From a virus: a DNA stretch of 64,000 bases. Shown one piece after another: positions 36,248 through 46,364 of this stretch. The notes beneath the pieces are model-generated. The model was given only the letters and a program-made list of their open reading frames with translations, made no database searches and had not been told where the DNA came from. Where the stretch lies: IMG/VR virus record IMGVR_UViG_3300046652_000008, positions 30,920 through 94,919 of that record; one strand, given 5' to 3'. Position 1 is the stretch's first letter; every line of letters begins with the position of its first letter. A program made the translations under genes and the position numbers.

Positions 36248-37717
36248 ATGTATTATTCACAACTCAAAGAGAGCATTAAAAAAGAGTTAGAGTCTGGAGG
36301 GTTGTCTCCGTTTGATGTTGGGCGTAGGAACCTAGCCAAGATATGGAAGATTACACCATACAAAGCGAGGACCATCTTGGAAGACCTACGGCTGGAGTAT
36401 TCGCAAACCCATCGCGGAGATCCACAGAAACCCAAGAGCGGCCAGCCGCTCAAGGAAGACTCCCCCTTCGAGGTCAAGGGCGAAGTCAACGGCGTTAAGA
36501 TGTTTACCGGCATTCTTCGTGATTCTGGCAAGCCACTCGGCATAGATGCCGTGAACATCAGTAAGCTAGTTGAGTCATACAATAATTTCCCGAATGGGAA
36601 ACAAAAGCTATCCGAGGAGCGCATACAAACTTCAGACAAATTAAGTCTTCACTTGCCGTCTACTCGTATCCATACGCTAGAAGACCTAATAGCGTTCTTT
36701 GAAGTAGATATGTCCGTCTGGGAAGTATCCAGGTTCGTGTGTAACAAGTGGGAGGTCGGCGCAAAAAATAAAGATGGTGAAATCGAAGTTTCTCCCCTGT
36801 ATCAAGTTAAGGCCGACTTCAAGCCAAAAGATGCCCAACAAGCAGATGCGATCAAGAAGGAAATTGAGGACCTGGTCGCCACATCCGAAGCTAGATTCAG
36901 GAGTGCCCCCCTCATCATCAAAGACACGGCCCTCAAACTCAGGACCGAAAACCTTGTTGAAATCTGTATTCCCGACCTCCACTTTAATAGACTCGTGTGG
37001 AATGGAGAAACTGGACACGGAAACTGGGATAGCAAGATCGCCCGATCCGTATTTGACAGAGCTACGTCGGATCTATTCCAGCAAATAAGTTTCTATAAGC
37101 CAGAAAAGATTGTATTTGTTATTGGGAACGATCTACTAAACGCAGACAACATCCAGGCAACCACGACTCGCGGAACCCCCCAGGTAAACGATACACGATA
37201 CCACAAAGCATTTGAAGATGTACGCAACATGAAGATAGCGGCTATCGAGAAGTTCCGTACACTCTGCCCAGTGGAAGTGATTACGCTCCCTGGAAATCAC
37301 GATAGGCTAGCAAGTTGGCATTTGGGCGACTCCATCAAGATGCTGTATTGCAAGACTCAGGATGTGACCGTAGATACATCGGCACTCCCGCGCAAGTATA
37401 TGAAGTGGGGAGACTGCGGACTATGCTGGACCCACGGCGACGAGATTAAGCGCCCAGACCTACCGCTCACGTTTGCCTCAGAACAGCGCGAGATGTGGGG
37501 ATCTACCAAGTACAACGAGATCCACTTAGGGCATCTACACCAGACCCAAGTTCAGGAGTTTCACGGAGTGCGCGTAAGAATTCTTCCAGTGCTGTGTAAA
37601 GTCAACGAGTGGGAGAACTCAAAGGGGTATACTGGGAATATCCGATGCGCTCAGGCGTATGTCTGGAACAAAACGAATGGGTTGAAGGCAATTTTGCACT
37701 ACAACGACCCAGACTAA
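36248..37717 (+). CDS. calcineurin-like metallophosphoesterase with N-terminal extension
   Basis: PDLH, GND, GNHD, HGD, GHLH. Confidence 0.85.
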   Translation: MYYSQLKESIKKELESGGLSPFDVGRRNLAKIWKITPYKARTILEDLRLEYSQTHRGDPQKPKSGQPLKEDSPFEVKGEVNGVKMFTGILRDSGKPLGIDAVNISKLVESYNNFPNGKQKLSEERIQTSDKLSLHLPSTRIHTLEDLIAFFEVDMSVWEVSRFVCNKWEVGAKNKDGEIEVSPLYQVKADFKPKDAQQADAIKKEIEDLVATSEARFRSAPLIIKDTALKLRTENLVEICIPDLHFNRLVWNGETGHGNWDSKIARSVFDRATSDLFQQISFYKPEKIVFVIGNDLLNADNIQATTTRGTPQVNDTRYHKAFEDVRNMKIAAIEKFRTLCPVEVITLPGNHDRLASWHLGDSIKMLYCKTQDVTVDTSALPRKYMKWGDCGLCWTHGDEIKRPDLPLTFASEQREMWGSTKYNEIHLGHLHQTQVQEFHGVRVRILPVLCKVNEWENSKGYTGNIRCAQAYVWNKTNGLKAILHYNDPD

Positions 37718-37747
37718 GCTATAATCAATAACGAAGGGCGGTACAAC

Positions 37748-38584
37748 ATGGGTAAAGAAACCGGAATCTCGTGGACGCATAGCGTAAACCCAGACGGTAC
37801 GACAACTCCGGGAAGTAGCTGGAACCCCCTGCGCGGTTGTTCGCGGGTATCCACAGAGTGCGTCAACTGCTATGCCGAGCGGCTAATGGCTCGTGGGCTT
37901 CCCGGCCTCAAGTCACCAACCACCGGAGAGGACTTTGCCATCATGAAGAACGGAGATCCGCATTGGACGGGCAAGGTAGAGCTTATTGAATCAATGTTGG
38001 ATCTTCCAATAAAATGGAAGAAACCGCGTAAGATATTCGTTAACAGCATAAGTGACTTGTTCCACGAATCACTGCCGGATGAGGTAATAGACCGCGTATT
38101 TAACGTGATGGCGCATTGCCCGCAGCATACGTTTATTGTATTAACTAAACGCCATGAGCGCATGAAGCAGCACCTGAATAAATACTGGAAAGATCCACTC
38201 CCCAATTGCTGGATTGGCGTATCGGCGGGCAACCAGGAAATGTATAATCTGCGCGTCCCGTATCTGCTGGATACTCCAGCCGATGTAAGTTTCGTCTCAT
38301 GCGAACCGTTATTAGGCCCTATTGACATAACGCAAGTTAATGGATACCCGAATTGGCTTATACTTGGGGGAGAGAGTGGACCCGGAGCTAGACCGTGCGA
38401 CATCAACTGGATAGATGACATCTATATTGATTGCCTATTCCATAACGTGCCCACGTTCATTAAGCAATTGGGGGCTTACCCGACTTCATGCGGAGTACAA
38501 GTCAACCTGAAAGACCGCAAGGGCGGTAACATCGAAGAATTCCCATCAAGTTTGAGGGTTAGGGAATTCCCAAAGGAGAAATAA
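37748..38584 (+). CDS. DUF5131 (phage gp37/gp68) protein
   Basis: TGISWT, WNPLRGCSRVSTECVNCYA, FVNSISDLFH, LTKR, SCEPLLG, GGESG. Confidence 0.9.
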   Translation: MGKETGISWTHSVNPDGTTTPGSSWNPLRGCSRVSTECVNCYAERLMARGLPGLKSPTTGEDFAIMKNGDPHWTGKVELIESMLDLPIKWKKPRKIFVNSISDLFHESLPDEVIDRVFNVMAHCPQHTFIVLTKRHERMKQHLNKYWKDPLPNCWIGVSAGNQEMYNLRVPYLLDTPADVSFVSCEPLLGPIDITQVNGYPNWLILGGESGPGARPCDINWIDDIYIDCLFHNVPTFIKQLGAYPTSCGVQVNLKDRKGGNIEEFPSSLRVREFPKEK

Positions 38585-38586
38585 CT

Positions 38587-38886
38587 ATGACAGTTAGGCA
38601 AGTTGTTAAATTTTCAGAAGCATTCGAAGACGAATATGGCCAATTCGATAGGATCAAAGAAGACAAGCCATCGAGCCGAAAAGACCTATGTGCCTTCATC
38701 AAGTTAGACCATCTAGTACCACCAGCGTACAAATGGGAGGATATTGTTACAGGGTCCGAGCATGATGAGTTTTTCCTATCCCCAGACATGGATAAGTTTG
38801 CGAAAGTAGCAACAGAAACAGACGTTCTATATCTGGTAAGGTGCGGAGTAATGTTCTCCGAAGATGGCATGAGCATGTTTTCGTGA
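38587..38886 (+). CDS. hypothetical protein
   Basis: AAGGAG RBS. Confidence 0.7.
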   Translation: MTVRQVVKFSEAFEDEYGQFDRIKEDKPSSRKDLCAFIKLDHLVPPAYKWEDIVTGSEHDEFFLSPDMDKFAKVATETDVLYLVRCGVMFSEDGMSMFS

Positions 38887-38893
38887 GGCCATT

Positions 38894-39181
38894 ATGATAT
38901 ATCCAGTCGGAACGAAGTTTAGCCTATGGGTTCGAGAGTACGATATTGACGTGCGGGAATGGGTATGGGCGAAGACCCCAGTAACAGGAGTGCTTGAAGT
39001 AATTACAGAAGAATCCGTACATCCCAAAAATTGGGTTCCAGGTGGGCACAGGGCTGAAATCGGCGAGACGGTTATCCGAGTTAACTACGAAACGGGGAAA
39101 CCGTCCACACAATACGATATCCTGTTAAAGATGGACGCCAACCAAGAGCAATGGTTGACGGACGAAGAACTACCAGCATAA
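38894..39181 (+). CDS. hypothetical protein
   Basis: GAGG RBS. Confidence 0.65.
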   Translation: MIYPVGTKFSLWVREYDIDVREWVWAKTPVTGVLEVITEESVHPKNWVPGGHRAEIGETVIRVNYETGKPSTQYDILLKMDANQEQWLTDEELPA

Positions 39182-39193
39182 GGAGAAACGACC

Positions 39194-40273
39194 ATGGCAT
39201 ATACCCACAAAGCCGAAGTATTCAAAATTAAAGAATTACACCCGCACCCAAACGCCGACAAGTTAGAGATTGTCAAGATTTTCGATGGCGAATGCGCTGT
39301 AAAGATTGGCGATTTCCACGTTGGCGACTTGGCTGTGTTCGTACAGCCCGACTCTTGCTTACCGGACATCCCAGAATACAATTGGCTCAAGGGCAAACTA
39401 CGCATCAGGGCGCAAAAGCTACGTGGGTATATTTCGGCTGGACTCGTCTTAAAGGCTCCTGAAGGGGCTAAAGAGGGTGACGACGTAGCCGAGCAGCTAG
39501 GCATTACGCATTACGATCCACCAGAGCCAGGACAATACCAATCAGGCCCTAAGAAGAACCGCCGCTTTGTGCCACGCTCTATGGCTCCGCAAGCCAGCGT
39601 GAAGGTCTATGACGTGGAGCCTTGGTTCCGTTACGCAGACTGCATCCCAGAAGGGACGCCAGTAGTAGCAGAGGAAAAGATCCACGGATGCAATACTCGC
39701 GTACTTTGCGAAAACGGCAAGATATTCGTAGGTAGCCGCCAATATTGGTTAGGCTATCGCTACGTGTCCAAGTTTAAGAAGTTGGTAAATAAGTATACCC
39801 ACGGTTTACTTTTTGCCGATAATGTAAACGATTCCGATTGGTGGGAGACGTTAGACGCTAATCCTAAGATCCTAGCGGTAGTAGCGCGGCATCCTGGATT
39901 AGTCTTCTTTATGGAGATGTACGGAGCGGTACAGGACTTGCGCTATGGCGCTATAGGGAAACAACGGTGGCTGGCCATCTTCGACATATACAATACAAAG
40001 ACCGGATCATTTATGACTCCAGCCACCAGGAATTTTCTGCTAGAATTAGAGGGTCTATTTGAGTACATGGTCCCAGTGGTGAGACTTTTCGACTACCATA
40101 AGGATCAAATCAAAGATATGGTTAGCGGAAAGTCTTTTGTGGCGACAGCGCCGGAAGGCCATATTCGAGAGGGAATCGTTATCAAACCGTTCTATAATGA
40201 GATATACGATTCACGACTAGGACGAGTAATCGTTAAAGCCGTATCTCCAGAATATCTATCAAGGGGGAAGTGA
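39194..40273 (+). CDS. RNA ligase, DRB0094/Rnl2-like family
   Basis: HPNADKLEI OB-like N-terminus, LRGYISAGL, EKIHG, EMYG, FDI, REGIVIK, KAVSPEYL. Confidence 0.9.
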   Translation: MAYTHKAEVFKIKELHPHPNADKLEIVKIFDGECAVKIGDFHVGDLAVFVQPDSCLPDIPEYNWLKGKLRIRAQKLRGYISAGLVLKAPEGAKEGDDVAEQLGITHYDPPEPGQYQSGPKKNRRFVPRSMAPQASVKVYDVEPWFRYADCIPEGTPVVAEEKIHGCNTRVLCENGKIFVGSRQYWLGYRYVSKFKKLVNKYTHGLLFADNVNDSDWWETLDANPKILAVVARHPGLVFFMEMYGAVQDLRYGAIGKQRWLAIFDIYNTKTGSFMTPATRNFLLELEGLFEYMVPVVRLFDYHKDQIKDMVSGKSFVATAPEGHIREGIVIKPFYNEIYDSRLGRVIVKAVSPEYLSRGK

Positions 40274-40274
40274 C

Positions 40275-40496
40275 ATGAGTTTCAGATCGCTAGAAACCGA
40301 AGTCTTGGCCGAATTGCGAACCGTTGCTGGGAAAAAAGGAATAAGGCTGAAAGATATCATGGAATGGTCAACTGGAGATGTAAAGACGATCCCCGGAGAA
40401 GCACATTTCTTCCTGCCCAACCTTGAGGTTAACGTTGCTGTAGCTACAGAAGCACTCGGGAAGAAATTCAAGGCGAAGGAGTCAAAAGATGCCTAA
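40275..40496 (+). CDS. hypothetical protein
   Basis: Packed ORF. Confidence 0.6.
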   Translation: MSFRSLETEVLAELRTVAGKKGIRLKDIMEWSTGDVKTIPGEAHFFLPNLEVNVAVATEALGKKFKAKESKDA

Positions 40497-40707
40497 AATC
40501 GAATCCGCTATTCAAAGTTTGCTGTCGGGGAAGCACACGAAGCACTGGAATATGTCCGTAGCTGATGGGCTTGTCCATATCACCGTCTTTTGGGGCGGCA
40601 AGGATGGGCGTGAGTTTAATCGTATGCATATCGGGAAAGACCCAGAGCTAACCGCCGTTCGCGCACTTGAGGCGCTAAAGGAAGCAAAGGCGGCTGCAAG
40701 GCCATGA
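40489..40707 (+). CDS. hypothetical protein
   Basis: AAGGAG RBS. Confidence 0.6.
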   Translation: MPKIESAIQSLLSGKHTKHWNMSVADGLVHITVFWGGKDGREFNRMHIGKDPELTAVRALEALKEAKAAARP

Positions 40708-40940
40708 GCGTAAACATGGATAACTGCCAATGGCGTCCAATCTCCGAGATCCACGAGGATTTTGGAGATTGCATCCTGATGAACATATACGATCCTGGGG
40801 ATATTCAGGTTGGCGGGAATCTTGATAACGACTGGGATGAAAATCTATGGACCCACTTCTCTAAACTTCCGCCATTGACCGAAGAGCAGGCGGAAGAACT
40901 AATACGAAGGATGGAGGCTAACGATGATGAACTTCTGTAA
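40704..40940 (+). CDS. hypothetical protein (DUF551-like)
   Basis: WRPISE...WTHFSKLPP. Confidence 0.6.
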   Translation: MSVNMDNCQWRPISEIHEDFGDCILMNIYDPGDIQVGGNLDNDWDENLWTHFSKLPPLTEEQAEELIRRMEANDDELL

Positions 40941-41196
40941 AGACTGCAAACATTTACTAATTAGCGAGCCTCCGATAGGGTCTCACGATCCTGTTGTATA
41001 TTTATGTCACCATCCAGCAGAAGCGAACCCGAATTATATCACTGGACATGTTTTATTTCCACGCTGCTACGATGTTAGATTTAATTACCCAGTATGCGAA
41101 CAATTCGAGTCTATCTTGCCGAAGTCAACCGCATGGGCGCGTTTTAAGCGTTGGCTCAGTAACCCACCACATCACATCCCAGGCTCCAACCTTTAG
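40924..41196 (+). CDS. hypothetical Cys-rich protein
   Basis: FCKDCKH...CHHP...C...CEQFE. Confidence 0.6.
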   Translation: MMNFCKDCKHLLISEPPIGSHDPVVYLCHHPAEANPNYITGHVLFPRCYDVRFNYPVCEQFESILPKSTAWARFKRWLSNPPHHIPGSNL

Positions 41197-41246
41197 CCAT
41201 TCGCGCTATACTGAAGTTATGCGCTTCTGCGCACAGGACTACAAAA

Positions 41247-44159
41247 TTGCACTCATATGATATGCCCACAGACTACCAGAAGTTTATTGCGCTCGCAATG
41301 TATTCGCGCTGGGACGATTCCAAAAAGCGCCGGGAAACTTGGGAAGAAACGGTAGAACGCTGGTATAACTTTTGGGTTAAGAGAATCAACAAGATCGCAG
41401 CAGAGACGCCGCTAGACGCCACGGCGACCAAAAACCTGCAAGATAAGCTAGTAGAAGCCAAAGACTACGTTTTACGCCAGGAGGTTATGCCTTCTATGCG
41501 GTCGCTAATGGCGGCTGGCAAGGCGCTGGAAACGCATTCCTTATCTGGTTTCAATTGTAGCTATATTTCTATAAATTCTCCAAAGTCCTTTGATGAATTA
41601 CTCTACTCTAGTATGTGCAGCGTCGGAGTTGGGTATAGCGTTGAATCTAAATACACAAGTCAACTGCCAGAAATTCCTACCCTTTACCCCACAGACACTA
41701 CAATCGTAGTTGCTGATAGTAAAATTGGTTGGGCGTCTTCGCTTAGAGAGTTGACCACTCTCTTATATGTTGGGAAAATACCAAAATGGGATCTCAGTAA
41801 GTTAAGGCCAGCAGGGGCAAGGCTCAAGACTATGGGTGGGAGATCTTCGGGAAGCGGGCCACTCAACGAAGTGTTTGAGTTTGTGGTGAAGACCTTTAAG
41901 AATGCACAGGGTCGAAAACTCAAGCCCATCGAGTGCCACGACATATGCTGTATTATTGGGCAAGCCGTAGTCGTGGGGGGGGTTAGACGTGCCGCGTTGC
42001 TGAGTATGTCAGACTTAGATGATGACGAAATGCAACACGCTAAACATGGCAGATGGTACGATGACTTTCCGTACCGTGGGTTGGCTAACAACTCGGCGGC
42101 GTACTACAAGCGCCCGAATGTCGCAGAATTTATGCATGAATGGACATCGCTGTACCGTTCAAAGTCTGGGGAGCGGGGAATAATCAATGTCGAAGGATTA
42201 CGAAAGACAGCGCCAGAACGCAGAGAAAAATCTAAACTGGCTGGCATGAATCCGTGCGTAGTCGGAGAAACTTTGCTGCTTACCGAGTTTGGGTATTTCA
42301 AAATTAAAGACCTAGTGGGGAAAGACGTGAATGTGTGGAATGGCACAAACTGGTCTTCGGTAACTCCGTTCTCTACCGGGACCAATGAAGTCTACGACGT
42401 TAAGTTTAGCGATGGGGCGGCTATGTCCGTAACCCCATACCACAGGTTTCCCGTGAAATCGGGATATTCCTCACCATGCCGGATGACAGAACTGATAGAT
42501 ATGAACATTGGCGATAAGTTAGAAAAGTTCCCAATGCCAGTTTGCGGAGACGTAACCCTAAGTGACGATGAATCTTACCGAAAGTCTGCGTATAGCCAAG
42601 GGTTTTACGCTGGAGATGGGAATGACGGATATGAGAATTCATGGCTATATGGAGAAAAGTATTACAAATGCCAGGATAGACTAGTTGGGCGTATTGGAAA
42701 ATACAATGAAGACTATGGAAGGGGTAACTGGAACCATGGCCCAATGTTTGACAAGCGGTACGTCCCCGTTAACGAGCCGATTAGTTATCAAATAGAATGG
42801 CTAGCTGGCCTATTGGACTCCGATGGGGTTATGACTTCAGACCTCCACGGGAACGGGTTGCAAGTTGTGTCTATCAATAATCAGTTTTTGCTAGACACCA
42901 GGCTGATGCTTTCCCGGATGGGCATAAGATCAAAGATAATCTTCGCGTGCTCAGAGGAAATGCGTCCCATGCCAGATGGGAAGGGCGGATCTAAACTATA
43001 CCTATGCCAAGCGGCCAATCGGCTATTGATTGGCAATGCTGAGTCGTTTTGCTTATGGGAGCTAGGCTTGAGGACTAGCAGGCTTGGGCTGTCGGGTAGA
43101 TCGCCACAGCGGAGCGCTGGACAATTTGTTAAGATCGCCTCTATCGAAAAGACAGGGAGAGCAGAGGAGACATTCTGCGTAACCGAAAAGGAATTCGGAC
43201 TGGTTACATTTAATGGAATAGTAACGGGAAATTGCGGTGAAGTGCTCCTTCGTGACCGAGAAACGTGCAACTTGTCTGCCGTGATCTGCCGCCCCACGGA
43301 TACAGCTATAGACATACTCGAAAAAGTAGAAATCGCGTCATTTATCGGAACACTCCAATCTACCCTCACTGACTTCAAATACCTGAGCAAGAAGTGGAAA
43401 GAGAATTGCGACGAGGAGCGGCTATTGGGAGTTTCTCTGTCTGGTATCATGGACAACCCACTACTCCATAACGTAAGTAATCTCAACCCGGATCTGCCAA
43501 CGCTACTTGAAACATTGAAGCGCGAAGCCGTAGAGACGAACGAGCACTACGCAGACATGCTGAAGATCAATCACTCAGCCGCCGTTACTTGCGTTAAGCC
43601 TGATGGGAATACGTCTCAACTCGTGGACTCATCCCCAGGTATCCATCCACGGTTCTCTAAGTATTATATGCGCACCGTTAGGCGCGACAAGAAAGACCCA
43701 CTCTCCATCCTGCTAAAACAGCAAGGAGTCTACCACGAAGACGATGTATCACGTCCAAAAGATACGGATGTACTATACTTCCCAGTTAAGTCTCCAGAAG
43801 GCAGCGTATTCCGTAAAGACGTTACAGCCATCCAACAATTAGACTTGTGGCTCATCTACAAGCAGCATTGGTGCGAGCATAACCCGTCCACGACGATCTA
43901 CGTCCGTGAAGACGAATGGATGGAAGTAGGAGCATGGGTCTACCGCAACTGGGACTACGTTGGCGGCTTGTCATTCCTGCCCTACTCAGACCACATCTAC
44001 AAGCAAGCGCCCTACCAAGAGATCAGCAAGGAAGAGTACGACGCGGCGGTAGCGGCCTTCCCTAAAATCGACTTTTCTAAGCTCTCAGATGTTGAGCTAG
44101 ACGACGGAACCACGGGCTCAAAAGAGCTTGCTTGCTCTGGCGGCATGTGCGAACTATAG
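41247..44159 (+). CDS. nrdJ: class II (B12-dependent) ribonucleotide reductase with intein
   Basis: YSRW...RRETWEETV, FNCSY, VGGVRRAA, NP[intein]CGE, TCVKPDGN, C-terminal LACSGGMCEL; no nrdB nearby. Confidence 0.92.
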   Translation: MHSYDMPTDYQKFIALAMYSRWDDSKKRRETWEETVERWYNFWVKRINKIAAETPLDATATKNLQDKLVEAKDYVLRQEVMPSMRSLMAAGKALETHSLSGFNCSYISINSPKSFDELLYSSMCSVGVGYSVESKYTSQLPEIPTLYPTDTTIVVADSKIGWASSLRELTTLLYVGKIPKWDLSKLRPAGARLKTMGGRSSGSGPLNEVFEFVVKTFKNAQGRKLKPIECHDICCIIGQAVVVGGVRRAALLSMSDLDDDEMQHAKHGRWYDDFPYRGLANNSAAYYKRPNVAEFMHEWTSLYRSKSGERGIINVEGLRKTAPERREKSKLAGMNPCVVGETLLLTEFGYFKIKDLVGKDVNVWNGTNWSSVTPFSTGTNEVYDVKFSDGAAMSVTPYHRFPVKSGYSSPCRMTELIDMNIGDKLEKFPMPVCGDVTLSDDESYRKSAYSQGFYAGDGNDGYENSWLYGEKYYKCQDRLVGRIGKYNEDYGRGNWNHGPMFDKRYVPVNEPISYQIEWLAGLLDSDGVMTSDLHGNGLQVVSINNQFLLDTRLMLSRMGIRSKIIFACSEEMRPMPDGKGGSKLYLCQAANRLLIGNAESFCLWELGLRTSRLGLSGRSPQRSAGQFVKIASIEKTGRAEETFCVTEKEFGLVTFNGIVTGNCGEVLLRDRETCNLSAVICRPTDTAIDILEKVEIASFIGTLQSTLTDFKYLSKKWKENCDEERLLGVSLSGIMDNPLLHNVSNLNPDLPTLLETLKREAVETNEHYADMLKINHSAAVTCVKPDGNTSQLVDSSPGIHPRFSKYYMRTVRRDKKDPLSILLKQQGVYHEDDVSRPKDTDVLYFPVKSPEGSVFRKDVTAIQQLDLWLIYKQHWCEHNPSTTIYVREDEWMEVGAWVYRNWDYVGGLSFLPYSDHIYKQAPYQEISKEEYDAAVAAFPKIDFSKLSDVELDDGTTGSKELACSGGMCEL
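42255..43232 (+). mobile_element. Intein with LAGLIDADG homing endonuclease (326 aa)
   Basis: Begins CVVGETLLLT, block B TPYHRF, LAGLLDSDG, ends FNGIVTGN before Cys+1. Confidence 0.92.
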
Positions 44160-44170
44160 TACAATAAGGC

Positions 44171-44752
44171 ATGGTAGACGCTTACGAGATTGTATTCGTG
44201 GACCGGAACGGGATATTCCATACGTTTCCGCTCTCTTGGGCGTCTACTATTCTCTACGACGATAGGTGTATGCGTGACGAAGTAGTGTACGCGAATCCTC
44301 CAATGTCTCTCCATGCGTCCCTGTATCATCTCTACGCTGGAAAGTGTGAGATGTTCTCCAGCGGACCAATGACGCTGTATACCAATTCCAGCACAGCATA
44401 CGATAAGTACACCGCGCCCTATGCCTTTGGCGGCAAGGTGAAGCTCCAGGATCGGCCATGCTCGCAGCTTCGCTACCAGGAGCAGGATAGAGCAACAATC
44501 AGGACGGTGGAGTTCGACTTCGGCGGTAAACATAAGACGATCTACGGATGTACATATAAGGCGGGGATTGAGGAATATTATGCTAGGGTTGCAGATAACG
44601 GCTGTTACGCATATATATGCCCGAGTCACCTTAATAGACAGGGTAAAATCAATGACCTGAATATGGGGCCATCGTGCTGCCCAAAATATCAAAAACAAGA
44701 GCTTCGGACGGTAGCCACCTATGGAGATTACGCGCTCGTGGAAGTATTTTGA
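44171..44752 (+). CDS. hypothetical protein
   Basis: 193-aa ORF between nrdJ and tnpB. Confidence 0.55.
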   Translation: MVDAYEIVFVDRNGIFHTFPLSWASTILYDDRCMRDEVVYANPPMSLHASLYHLYAGKCEMFSSGPMTLYTNSSTAYDKYTAPYAFGGKVKLQDRPCSQLRYQEQDRATIRTVEFDFGGKHKTIYGCTYKAGIEEYYARVADNGCYAYICPSHLNRQGKINDLNMGPSCCPKYQKQELRTVATYGDYALVEVF

Positions 44753-44801
44753 TTAGCATGTTGACTTTTATGGATTATTGCGATAATCTATAAGTATAGA
44801 G

Positions 44802-46010
44802 ATGGTGCGCGGATTCAAATATCGAATATACCCAACCAAGGGCCAGAAGGAGTCGCTGGCTAAGGTGTTTGGTTGCTGCCGCTATGTCTATAATTGGGCA
44901 CTTGGCATGAGAACCAAGGCGTGGAAAGAGCGCGGTGAGCGTGTTAACTATTACCAGACAAATAAGGCCCTTACACAGTTAAGGCATTCCCCAGAAACAG
45001 CATGGCTATCTGGATCAAGCGCAGTCGCAGAACAAATGGCACTGATGTCCCTTCAGGATTCATTTTCTAATTTCTGGGACAAGAATTCAAATTATCCAAA
45101 ATTCAAGGAAAAGAGAAACAAGCAGTCCGCTAAATTCGTAGGAAATGGGTTTTCACTGCATTCATGCCGACTTATGATTGTCAAGGTTGGCGTGCTGAAA
45201 GTGCGGTGGTCTGGTAGATTATTGAATGAACCAACCAGCGTTACCATATCTAAGACATCCTCTGGGAAGTATTATGCGTCGTTTACGGTAGACGAACCGT
45301 TGCGAGAGATGCCAGCCGCTACAAAGAGCATCGGGATTGACGTTGGGATTGAGACGTTTGCGACGACCAATGAGGGCTCTAAGTACACTGCTCCGCGTCC
45401 ATTACGCAAGAAGATGGCGCAACTGAAGAGAGCGCAGAAGTCGTTGAGCCGAAAGAAGAAAGGCTCAAAGAACCGAGAGAAGCAGAGAATCCGCGTAGCG
45501 ATTATTCACGAGAAGATAGCAAACATACGAAAGGACTTCATCCACAAGTTAACCACTAAGCTGGTACGTGAAAACCAAACGATTGTGACTGAAGACTTGA
45601 ACGTGCGCGACATGATGCAGAATCACAAACTAGCCGGATCTATCGGGGATCAGGGCTGGGGAGAATTCTTCCGGCAACTAGACTATAAATGTAGGTGGTA
45701 CGGCAGAGATTACGTCAAGATTGACAGGTTCTACCCATCGTCCAAGATGTGCTCAAACTGTAGCCACATTGTAGAACGACTGCCGCTAGACAAGCGAACA
45801 TGGAAGTGTGAAAAGTGCGGAACTGTCCACGACCGCGACGTTAACGCGGCGAAGAACATTTTAGCGGCGGGGTACGCCGTTTTAGCCTGTGGAGATGGTG
45901 TAAGACCCAAACGCTCGAAAGAACGCAAGGGCAACTGTCGGCGAAGCAGGAACGCGAACTTTACTAATATTGGCTCTAGTGATAGAATAGTATTAGTGGA
46001 AGAGAATTGA
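44802..46010 (+). CDS. tnpB: IS200/IS605-family RNA-guided endonuclease TnpB
   Basis: FKYRIYPT HTH, GIDVG, TEDLN, CSNC/CEKC, HDRDVNAAKNI; D-E-D triad intact. Confidence 0.95.
   Translation: MVRGFKYRIYPTKGQKESLAKVFGCCRYVYNWALGMRTKAWKERGERVNYYQTNKALTQLRHSPETAWLSGSSAVAEQMALMSLQDSFSNFWDKNSNYPKFKEKRNKQSAKFVGNGFSLHSCRLMIVKVGVLKVRWSGRLLNEPTSVTISKTSSGKYYASFTVDEPLREMPAATKSIGIDVGIETFATTNEGSKYTAPRPLRKKMAQLKRAQKSLSRKKKGSKNREKQRIRVAIIHEKIANIRKDFIHKLTTKLVRENQTIVTEDLNVRDMMQNHKLAGSIGDQGWGEFFRQLDYKCRWYGRDYVKIDRFYPSSKMCSNCSHIVERLPLDKRTWKCEKCGTVHDRDVNAAKNILAAGYAVLACGDGVRPKRSKERKGNCRRSRNANFTNIGSSDRIVLVEEN
45862..45952 (+). ncRNA. TnpB omega/reRNA scaffold (5' part) overlapping the tnpB 3' end
   Basis: GCGGCGGGGTACGCCGT...GCCTGTGGAGA...GTAAGACC...GAAGCAGGAA, as in IS605-group right ends; terminal hairpin not seen. 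Confidence 0.6.
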
Positions 46011-46034
46011 TACCAGGAGCCTTTAATCAAGTAA

Positions 46035-46364
46035 ATGCCAAACGTCTATACCGCAAGAAATTGCAATGCGCCAAGTCTAACATATCAGACGAAAACTCCG
46101 CTCCAGCCAGCCCCTACGGTTAATACTCAGTTCCCGCTTGTCGATGTTGACTTGCTCGGCCTAAGTGTGACAAACACCACTGGAGCCGGAATCACTTTCA
46201 TAGTAACAGACGGGCAATCTACCCCACAAACCTTCATCTCTGCCACCATTCCGGCAAACTCTGTCTATGTGGTCAATTCCCCATACGGAGTCTATATGGC
46301 TGGAGGTTTTTGGATCATCGCTGGGGGAGTCGGCTTGATTTTCGGCGCTAAGTGGGTACAGTAA
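46035..46364 (+). CDS. hypothetical beta-rich virion-associated protein
   Basis: Thr/Val-rich; AGGAG RBS; coupled to the next gene. Confidence 0.7.
   Translation: MPNVYTARNCNAPSLTYQTKTPLQPAPTVNTQFPLVDVDLLGLSVTNTTGAGITFIVTDGQSTPQTFISATIPANSVYVVNSPYGVYMAGGFWIIAGGVGLIFGAKWVQ

Noticed and set aside
39738-39750. Possible in-window target (GCCAATATT) of the TnpB guide region
   Set aside because: Only a 9-nt match, expected by chance in 64 kb.
44802-46010. Nuclease-dead TnpB regulator or Cas12f
   Set aside because: All three RuvC acidic residues are present and there is no adjacent CRISPR array.
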